20,000 bases of DNA from Proteromonas lacertae. Its lineage: Eukaryota. Below, piece after piece: positions 10,922-20,000 of the stretch (the first letter of the stretch is position 1; each line of letters starts with the position of its first letter). The stretch is from assembly GCA_002245135.1 (NCBI GenBank), contig NGBS01000332.1, positions 50,511 to 70,510 of the forward strand. The letters run 5' to 3'. The notes below the pieces were generated by a model that worked only from the letters and a program-made list of their open reading frames with translations, did not search any database and was not told the DNA's origin. A program made the translations under genes and the position numbers.

Positions 10922-13900
10922 TCATTGACTTGCACCAGTTGTATTCTGAATATTGTTTTCTTTGTCATAACATTTTATGAATTTCTCTACTGTTTTCCTA
11001 TTACAATTATCAATATTGCACTTATATTCATCATTCAACACATTAATTAAATTTGTCATATCTTTATTACATTCACCTATAATGCTATTAGAATTAACTA
11101 TGTTTCTAAATTGATTATAATTTTTAAGACAATTCACCAAAGAGTTTACTATTCAAATTATATATGATTAGTATACAATCATCTGCATATTTCAATTGAG
11201 ATTGTAATGATGATAAGATATTTTTGTTCAGGGAATCAAATAATTTGGAGGAATTATAGTTTTCATGAACATATGTGTATAATGATATTAGTTTATAAAA
11301 ATCATTATGTTTATTCAGAAATATTATTGTCATGAATAAATATTTGAATAACACTCTTTGATATTTCTTTTGATGATAATCTAATTTATCTAACAAATTG
11401 TTGGTATTATCATATCTATATATCTTAAATTCAGAGGTTTTCTTCTTTTTTGATGATAATAATGAAGTTGCATAGTTATAAAATTCATTTTCAAACAGTG
11501 AATATTTTGGATATACTTGAATTAGATATTTCCATAATTTTGGTAAAAATTCCATTAACAAATAAGTAGTTCTAGAGTTATATTGATTTAATTGTAATGT
11601 ATATTTCATTATACCAAAACAATTTACTAATAATCGATAGATATGCCAATACACTTTTGATTTATTCAACTCACAATTTTTACAGTATAAATTAGATATT
11701 GTATCAGAAGAAATATTTATACTATCATCATAATAACATTCTAAATGATATATAACTCCACATAATTTACATCTTATATAAGACTGTTGTGTGAATATCT
11801 TTTCACATTCTAAACATATTGAATTATTCACTATCACTTTATTTGCTGAATTGATTAGTTTGTAATTTGGTAGTAAATCTAATGATTTTGAGAAATTCTC
11901 ATCCAATGAATTTATTCTAGTAATATCATCGATTTTCATTCTCTCTAAATAGTTTGATACAATTTTTAACCCACAACTTGAAAGGAAGTAAAGAATATAA
12001 CTTAAATCTCTATCTCTTTCTTTATTATCAATATTTGAGATATTCTTTTCAAATGATTTTAAACATTTGTAATATTGTTTATACAACTCCAAATAATTAT
12101 CCTTATACTTTAGTCTTTTATTGCATTTCACTATAAACAATAATAAATCCCAACTTGGAGTAGAATTACTATATAGTTTTTGAGCAATTGTGAAACATTC
12201 TAATGATTTTGTGAAATAAATATTTCTCTATAGAAAATGAATATTATTATGATTATATATGTATATACATCAATTTCACTATCTAATATATCAAATGATT
12301 TTAAAGCTACACAATAATTGAAAAATCCAGCTGATAAGAAATGATTTATTTTTAACTCAACACTATCATACTTTGGAAAAATCAAATTGGTTTGAGTAAA
12401 ACAATAAGAAGAATGATTAAAATAAAACTCAATTGCTTTTTTGATATTTGTACTTTCTTCTACAGCTAGATTATAACCATCTAAATAAGGTGTATCGTTG
12501 GATTTATAAAATTCTGAAGGAATATACAAATTTGATTCAAAATTGACACAATAATAAAAAAGCTCGATATAGGCTTGAGTCAATTTATACCATATAATGA
12601 AGTTATTTGTGTTGAATGTAAGTATTTCCAAGTATAATCTAATTAATACTCTAATATCATTAACATACTTATATTCTACTTCTTTTTCACTATTACCACT
12701 GTTGTTATTAATGGTTTTATAACTACTAAATTTTGGTATTGAAGAGTTGGTAATTTCGTCAATTTTCTGAGGAAGAGATGTAATATATTGATTAAATAAC
12801 AATGTATTATTATTATTATTGCTATTATCATTACTAAATAACAAACTGGAGATTGAGATTATTTCATTTTCACTTTCATTTTGATTCTTCATCTTTATTT
12901 CATTTATATTACTACTATCAATTCTTTCACAATTCATAATATATTTTGTAACAATTAAATTGTTATTATTTATTACAGAATCATGTGGGTATACATTATA
13001 TAAAGATTTGTATATCATTTTAATATCATTCTTTGTGTAATTTCCGATTTTTATCATATCATCTATGAATGGATGTATAAACACAGCAATTAGATAACTG
13101 ATTTTACATATTCTTATTTCATCCAATGAGATTCTCATAAACACTTTCCACTGAAACAAACAATCAAATAATTGTAATATGCATAGCTTTTCTGATTTAG
13201 TATATTGACTAATATCTTTATTATTATACTTCTTTTGTTTAAATATATAATCTAAACTTATAACATTGAAAATATAATTGTATTTATAACAATATTTCAT
13301 ATCATGTATAATGTTATGTAATGAAATAATGGTGTTTGAAATGTTTTTATTATCACCATTTCCTTCATTATTATTACCTTTTATTATTATAAGATTGTAA
13401 TAGCATATATAAACCAGTAAAATTAACAATACATTATTAGAAATAGTTACATTCAATTCATTAAAATGAATTGAATAGTATAAAGCATATAACAATATAG
13501 ACTTCTTTGATACACTATTTTCATTATTATTTTCACAGTAAATACCATTATCCAACATATAATGAAGAAATGTTGATGAAATATGAGAAATTAAAGTAAT
13601 TGAAGAGATTTTATTCATCAAATATATAAATGCCTATTCAAATAATAAAATAATCAATCAAATAGATACATCAAACAGATTGCTTCTTGTTTTATTGATA
13701 TTGAAATAACTAAACAGCAAATCAAATAATCTGATAAATAATTTCTCATTTTGATCTTTTTCATCACTTTCATCATTATTTATATTTGTTAAATTGTCAA
13801 TTATATTAATTAATAATATCATTATCTTATCATTATTCAACTTATTCCACACTATTTTATAATCATTATTTATAAAATGTTTAATTATCTCTTCAAGCAG

Positions 13901-16382
13901 CATGTTGTTGTTATTAAACTTCAATAACTTCAAAAACAAACTAAACAGCAACTTATAATCCTCTTTTATATGTAATATGAACAATACATATTCAATGAAT
14001 GAATGATTTTTGATTCTGTTGTTATATAAAACCATTTTTACTATATTTTCATAGTTATTCTCTATATTCTTCTCCATATCAACAACACTTTTATAAATAC
14101 TATCAATTAACTCAACTATTTCATTGTCACTATCATTTATACCTATGTTCTGTTTTATTAGTGGAATTGAAACATCTAATTTTGTATTTACTGTATCAAT
14201 CATCTGTTTTATCTATTCATAACATATAAAATATATTCATACTGGATTATTACAACAGTTTCTTTCTAATACACTCTCAACTTCTTTTATTGACCAAATT
14301 GAATTATCTATTATTCCATTTTCATCATATGCATTCTTACATAACTTATAGAATGTAATATCATATGGATTGTTATGAATTTTATTGTAATAATAACTCT
14401 TTATATACCAATAAGATGATAATATATTTGAAAATTTCTGTTGTGTATTATTATTAATTTTTGATTCTAATAAAATGATTCTTTCGTTGTATATTTGATC
14501 AAATTTATCAACATATTCGTAGTTATTTATAATAATTAGTAAATATAATATATCCCATTTTGGAGATACGTGATTTACATCTAAACATAAATTCATTATT
14601 TCATCAAATTTCATTATTATTTCACATAAGTTATAATTATTTATGTTTATGTACTTCATTCCTTTATCACTTATTGAATTACTGATTATATATAACAGTG
14701 ATTGAAATCCTTTGTTATTCTCATTACACTCTCTCACTAACTCATTTAAATAGTTTTTATAATCATTTTCATCTATTATTGGAGTATTTATTACAACTTC
14801 TCTTTCTTTTACAATTTTAATTACTTTTTCTTCTTCAAAATCATCATTTTCATTTTCATTTTCATTATTATTTATAACATTTAAAAACATTTTCATCTCA
14901 TTTTCAGTATCTTCTTCTTCTGGTTTATTTTCTTGTTTTAATTTTCTCTTTTTGTGTTTATTATTACTTTCATTATAACTATTACTATAATTATTAATCA
15001 GATTAGCAAATGGATCTTCTAATTCTTTTTCTACTCCTTTTGCATTTTCAAAATCTTCAATTAAATAATGTATTAATACCCCATATCCATCTACTTTACA
15101 GTTTATTGAATATTCTTTTAAATATGAAATTATAGTCGATAATGTAATATCACTTTTCTTTTTATAATTATTGTTTCTTGTATTATTGTTATTGTTATTT
15201 CTTTTTCTCTTATTATTACTGTTTTTATCTTCAATTTGTTGCTTTTGTTTCATTAAAGAAGTACTTCTTCTTCTTCTTTCTATTCTCTTTATATAATTAT
15301 CTTTTAAATCATATTCTACTTCATTTATATCAATATTGATTGGGGAAACTCCAATATAATTAATAGATTGAATTATATTCAATAATTCATTTTTACTTCC
15401 ATCATTTGTATTTATTATACTATACTGGATATTATTGTTGGATATATAACTCTGATTTCTATATAAATAACCATACAGTATGATCAAACTATGAAAAATT
15501 GAGTAAATGCCAACATTTGCTGGTTTATATTGTATTATATATGGTATAAGTGTATTTAATGAATTTCGTATATTTCTTGTATTATTATTTGAAGAAATGA
15601 TATATTTTTCATCATTTGCTTCTCGATGAACATTTACCCATTCCTTTATTAAATCCATATTGTCATTATTACTATTATCTTCACCTATTTCTAGATTTAA
15701 TACATTCAACTGTGGTTTTACACTCTATATTAAAAAAAAAGATTAAAGACGAAAAATATACGATGTAATATTTTGTTCTTATTGAATTGTATATTTCTTT
15801 TTCACAAGTTCTAAGTATTCGTGTGCATTCATTGTAATCTTCTAATATAAAATTGATATCTAATAATCCTTGTTGACATATTATATTGTTTGGTGAAATT
15901 GATAAACCTTTTTCAAATGCAAATTTGCATAATCGATATTTGTTACATTCTAAACTACAACTTGCTATTCTTATCCAAATAAATAAATCATTTTGATCTA
16001 TTGTAGATGCATCAACAAATGCATTCAATGCCACTTCATAACAAACCTGATTTTTCTTGGATTATTCCCAGATTTCTTAGACTCATGAATTTTATTTTTG
16101 AAAATATATGTGATGCATTTGTCTCTTCCTATTTACAAAAATTGAACCATAAACTATATACTAAATGGTTGATTAGTACTATTAACTCGTTTAAATGACT
16201 ACACTGCAATTGGTACTAAGACATAAATTATATTAATAATACGTTCGTCCCTTGTCCTTGACTATTGATTTCTTTCAAAAGACTTTGCCACTTTTCAGTT
16301 AGCATTTCCTCCTAAATATATCACATAAATATAATTATATTTGTATTTCAACTGTGCATTTCTCTATTTCTTCAATATTCAT
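10922..16382 (-). CDS. CABIN1: CABIN1/Hir3-like HIRA histone-chaperone complex subunit (~1740 aa) with an inserted PHD finger
   Basis: The N-terminal TPR block KFMSLRNLGIIQEK...ALNAFVDASTIDQNDLFIWIRIASCSLECNKYRLCKFAFEKGLSISPNNIICQQGLLDINFILEDYNEC follows the CABIN1 N-terminal pattern as I recall it. The later block KSLECFTIA...WDLLLFIVKCNKRL is also CABIN1-like. Introns 16312-16340 (or -16352), 16216-16242, 16129-16161, 15725-15761, 14213-14242, 13634-13669 and 12228-12268, plus single-base frameshifts near 16040 and 11140, link all minus-strand ORFs from 16382 to 10922. C4HC3 motif at 11673-11816. Confidence 0.85.
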
Positions 16383-16507
16383 TTCTCTCAAATTTATGGT
16401 GTTATTTTCGATTATTTTCATACACCCATAAATTTAAAAAACAATTCATTTCATTAATAGAATAAGTTTTACAAATCCCCAATAAACAAAAACTTAAAGA
16501 TGCCTGC

Positions 16508-16949
16508 TTAGGTCATTTTAGAAAAATATCTAATTCTTCTTCTCTCTATTTTGATTATATTTTGTCTTTTTCTTTGTTGTGGATTAGTACGAACTCTTCT
16601 TTGTTCTCTTGATCTTACACGTACAATACGTGCATGACAAGCACATGAGATACAGTAATTTTGTCTTTACATATAATTTTGGTAATACGTATTCTATATT
16701 AAAAATAATATTATATAAAATATAATACCAGCTGTTATAATAGCTGAAGCAGCTTTAATATCTTCTTGAGATGAAGCATCAACGATATTTCTAACTTGGA
16801 ATCTCTTTACAGCTTTATCCTATACAAATATTTATGAAAATAAAATTGTACTTTTTGGGGCAACATCTACCGCAATTAGTGCATCTAATTGGCTTTACAT
16901 GACCTCGGTTCTTCTTTGATCTTCCATTATTACGACGTTTAACTGGCAT
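16508..16949 (-). CDS. RPS26: 40S ribosomal protein S26 (eS26)
   Basis: [100 protein letters not shown]. Introns 16820-16851 and 16694-16728. Homopolymer frameshifts at 16852-16856 and 16659-16662. Stop at 16508, or 16530 if there is one more indel. Missed by the ORF track. Confidence 0.97.
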
Positions 16950-17143
16950 TATGACGCTATAAAAAATAAATACAAAATTAACTAAATAATAAATATATAT
17001 AAAGAGAAAATCTAAAAATACATTTTTAATGAAAAGCAGGCTAGCCGTTTCAATAAAAAGTTTGAAGAGTTTGTCATTTCTGACCTTTCATACTCAACAA
17101 AATATGAAAAATAAAACATAAATATTAACATATATATTATAAT

Positions 17144-17949
17144 TTATTCATAATCTTCTGGTTCTTCAGGATCATCCACAGGAGGAGAAGCTGTACCATC
17201 ATGTTCTTCTTCATAAACTCTTCTTCAGCAGTATTATCATTTCTATTGCTCTGTTGCTGTTGATTCTGTTCTAGTTCTATATCTATAGCATCATAATCAG
17301 TTTTTGTTAATTCTGTATCATTGTATCTATCATCATCATCTTTAAAAGTTGAATTTCTTTTTGAACCATATTGTGAAGACCTTACTGAGGATCTAGTTGA
17401 TGATCTTAAATCTGGCTCCTTTAGTCCATATTGTGGCAGCAACTAATCTTTCTTCGAATATCTCTAGTTTCTTTGAGATTTTGAACTCTTATATCTCTTT
17501 CTTTCTTTTTCTATTAGTCTGATTTTTTCCATTTGTACTTGTTTCTATGGGTAAAAATAATGAATGATATTGATATATATACTCGTAAAGCAGCTTCTTC
17601 TCTTCTTTTCAATTCCATTTATGATGTTCTACTCTTTTAAATTCGTTCTCAATAGCATTTAATTTTGATTTTACGAGTTTTTGACATATTAAATTACCTG
17701 AACTATCGATCTATTACGGAATATAAGTAAAATCTGTTAATACAAGTCCTTTTTGATATAACTGTTGTTGAACTACAGGATTTTCATAATATCTTCTTAA
17801 ATTAATATCTTGCAAAGCTTCATATTCTTGAAATTTAAAAGCATCACAGTTTGTATTGAAATTTTCTTCCCTCTCCTTCATTAACTTAGCTCGACTATTT
17901 TTGGATAAAATTAAGTAGTATACCTTTTCTTACTAAGTTTCTTTGGCAT
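17144..17949 (-). CDS. Coiled-coil protein with an ERICH3 N-terminal-like motif and acidic tail
   Basis: MPKKLSKKSRAKLMKEREENFNTNCDAFKFQEYEALQDINLRRYYENPVVQQQLYQKGL|IDSSGNLICQKLVKSKLNAIENEFKRVE. Introns 17895-17923, 17711-17743 and 17545-17582. The Y..L.D..L..Y..N......L...GLI...G.I pattern resembles the ERICH3 N-terminus. Several small frameshifts downstream; likely ends DDPEEPEDYE* at 17144. Confidence 0.6.
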
Positions 17950-18129
17950 TTATTAAAAAGTAACAGAAAAAATGATTTGGCTTGATTATTATAAAAATTA
18001 TAATCGTTTCAAATTATTAAAAATCGAATATAAGACAATGGAGCGATTAAAATAACAATTTATAACAAGAACAATACATTCTATAAAAAAATAAAAACAA
18101 TATAATATAAATAAATAAATCACTCTAAA

Positions 18130-19271
18130 TCACGTCCTAAAAGGCTTTTTATTGCTTTTTTCCTTAACTACCTTCTTCTCAGGTTTTATTGGACTAACTA
18201 ATTTACATCCTCTACCACTAGTAGCTAAATGAAAAGGTTTTGCTGTTGTAACTTCAGGCGTCCATCCACTACCATCCAACCACATCTGAGGATTATTAAC
18301 AACATGTTCTCTAGCCTTTTCCAACCTTCTATAGAAGTTTCTATAGGCAATTTTCTCTCCTTCAATAAATACTGGTGGATTTTGATATATTAAGTCAATA
18401 GTCCTTTTACTATCATTCATATCAGGTTTATGTGTGTATATTTTTGAATCATTTTTCTTCGTTTCAGATATTGTGGTCAATTCCAATTTCTCTTTTGTTT
18501 TTTCTTGATATTTCATTTGATCATTATAAAAATCATCAAAACTTCTTTCTTCATTATTTTTCTTATTGTTTTTATTAATTACTGGATGAAATGTACATTC
18601 TTTCATATGTTCTTCTTCAATGTCTTTCTTTCGTTTGATTACTCGAGGATCTGGAGAATATAATCGTTCTATTAAATCATTACTTGCATATCTTTCATTT
18701 GTAAATGAATAATCTGTTATTGCGGTGAAAAAGTGCATTCATCAACTGATTCGTCTCTTATCTTCCTTCCTGATGAATATTCTTTGCTGCTAATATTCTT
18801 TCTTCAGTTGTTCCTTGTCTCATTGCTAATGATTTAGTTCTGTTGGATATTTGAGGTGTTGTTGATCTTCTATAATATTTCTTTAATTCTTTTTCTACAT
18901 TTCGTTTCTTTTCTATTGATTTCATTCCTCTGTCATATAATGATATTCTTTTCCTTGTTTCTATAAATATACAATGAAATAAATTGAAATTTATACTGGG
19001 CTAGATAAATATGATATCATTGAATGACAACGATGTATTGGTGTGTAATCAAACATTTCAATTGCACTAAAATATAATAGTCGCTTAAATACTTATCCAT
19101 TGACATTTTAAATCCAGGAGTCTATTCAAAATATATTATTTATATACTTTTATATTGGAATGATCTAATTCTTGGTAATTCTAGAGGATTAGAATATGAA
19201 TATACTGAAACATTCATATGATTCATTCTGGTATTTGGAGACGCCTCAATATCTAAAATATAGTTCTTCAT
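18130..19271 (-). CDS. Hypothetical basic protein with ECTF-x-P-x-I repeats and a C-terminal TPX2/FAM161-like T..KPFHLAT..R motif (putative microtubule-associated)
   Basis: Introns 19122-19147, 19067-19092 and 18961-18996. Repeats STTPQIS, ECTFSPQI (across a frameshift at ~18720), ECTFHPVINK and YTHKPDMN; C-terminal VTTAKPFHLATSGR. Start codon uncertain (ATG 19271 or a nearby Met). Frameshifts near 19150, 18768 and 18720. Confidence 0.6.
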
Positions 19272-19368
19272 ATTATACAATCCGTAGACATTGAATAAAT
19301 GAAGAATTAAATCACAACGTTTATATGTGAAACGGGTCAATTTTTATATCATAAAGTTTAAAGGTGAA

Positions 19369-20000
19369 ATGCGTGTTATATACTTATTAATAATTCTTGG
19401 TATTTCTATAGCGACATGTCCAAGAATGTGCAGGTACATATCTATAATATAGGGTTAAAATATTATTCTTATAGTAATCATGGTTATTGTCAAACAGATT
19501 TTACTTGTAAATGCTTTCCACAGTGGACAGGGCCTGATTGTGCAGAACGTATTATTTTTAATATCACCTTATCTTAGGATCTTGTCCAGTTGGTCCAGAT
19601 TGGAATGGTAATCATGAAAACTTTGTCATTTGTTCTGGTAGAGGTGTATGTAACACAGTAACAGGTTTATGTGAATGTGATAATGGCTTTAGTGGTAAAG
19701 CTTGTCAAGTATCAGGTTGTCCAGCAGGAACCTCCACTACTAGTACATGTTCACAACATGGAGATTGTATTACATTATCATATCTACGTCAGCACTATGT
19801 AACTGCAACAGGAGAAGCATTGGATATATATAACGGCTGGATGCGAATAGAATATATGGATGTATGTGTTCTGACAGTTATTTTGGATATGATTGTAGTT
19901 TACAAAAGTGTCCAATGGGAAGTGTTAAAGGTAAAGATAAATGGGATGGTATTTCCTTCTTTGATGTACTACACAGCGGTTTATCCAGAAAATTAGACGA
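19369..20000 (+). CDS. Secreted EGF-like repeat protein, stramenopile SIG1/mastigoneme/tenascin-like type; 5' part, continues beyond window
   Basis: MRVIYLLIILGISIA|TCPRMCSNHGYCQTDFTCKCFPQWTGPDCAERSCPVGPDWNGNHENFVICSGRGVCNTVTGLCECDNGFSGKACQVSGCP...CSQHGDCITL...YNGW(D)ANRIYGCMCSDSYFGYDCSLQKCPMG. Introns 19434-19474 and 19549-19577; one G missing at 19839-19840. Missed by the ORF track. Confidence 0.88.

Noticed and set aside
13378..13414. Possible extra intron (GTTTAT...AAAAG) in CABIN1
   Set aside because: Removing 37 nt would break the open frame, and its ends do not fit GTAY...TAG.
10922..16034. Six independent minus-strand genes, as in the ORF track
   Set aside because: They are joined by canonical micro-introns and single-base indels into one CABIN1-like gene.
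491..16198. Short ORFs 491..676, 2647..2856, 3812..4042, 6311..6514, 7178..7375, 11954..12136 and 16007..16198
   Set aside because: They are antisense shadows of well-supported genes and have no recognisable motifs.
16475..16532. Polyadenylation-created stop codon with a TGTTTGTT-like motif downstream of RPS26
   Set aside because: Only a near-match (TGTTTATT, 16481-16488) is present, and encoded stops exist at 16530 and 16508.
16957..17021. 5' UTR intron in RPS26
   Set aside because: An acceptor-like TATAG is present, but candidate donors give 17 or 65 nt, outside the observed range; it cannot be tested without transcripts.
1..20000. Prokaryotic or phage systems (CRISPR arrays, operons, defence islands)
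   Set aside because: The DNA is intron-rich eukaryotic sequence with eS26 and CABIN1; no regularly spaced repeat-spacer array was seen.
1..20000. Reassigned stop codons (ciliate-type code)
   Set aside because: Multi-kb exons are free of in-frame TAA, TAG and TGA; stops appear only in introns, at gene ends, after indels or in debris. TAA and TGA both terminate genes.

Overview
Very AT-rich eukaryotic (protist) genomic DNA, not prokaryotic. The genes are compact and split by about 27 tiny spliceosomal introns (25-41 nt, almost all GTAY...TAG). The intron style and protein families suggest a Blastocystis/Opalinata-type stramenopile (inference). Contents in order: 5' part of a SOS1/SLC9C-like Na+/H+ antiporter (-); a ~2036-aa type-I surface protein with He_PIG Ig-like repeats, two PA14 domains, an F5/8 domain and two HormR-like domains (+); a ~2.2-kb transposon-debris island with a 616-bp MITE-like element (61-bp TIRs), a nested direct/inverted-repeat insertion, a hAT transposase remnant and orphan coding fragments; a ~1740-aa CABIN1/Hir3 homologue with a PHD finger and a possible AT-AG first intron (-); RPS26 (-); an ERICH3-N-motif protein (-); a TF-x-P-x-I repeat protein with a TPX2/FAM161-like motif (-); and the 5' part of a secreted EGF-repeat (SIG1/mastigoneme-type) gene (+). 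Many 1-2 nt frameshifts, mostly at homopolymers and including RPS26, most likely reflect long-read assembly error. All family assignments come from motif recognition by eye; no searches were run.
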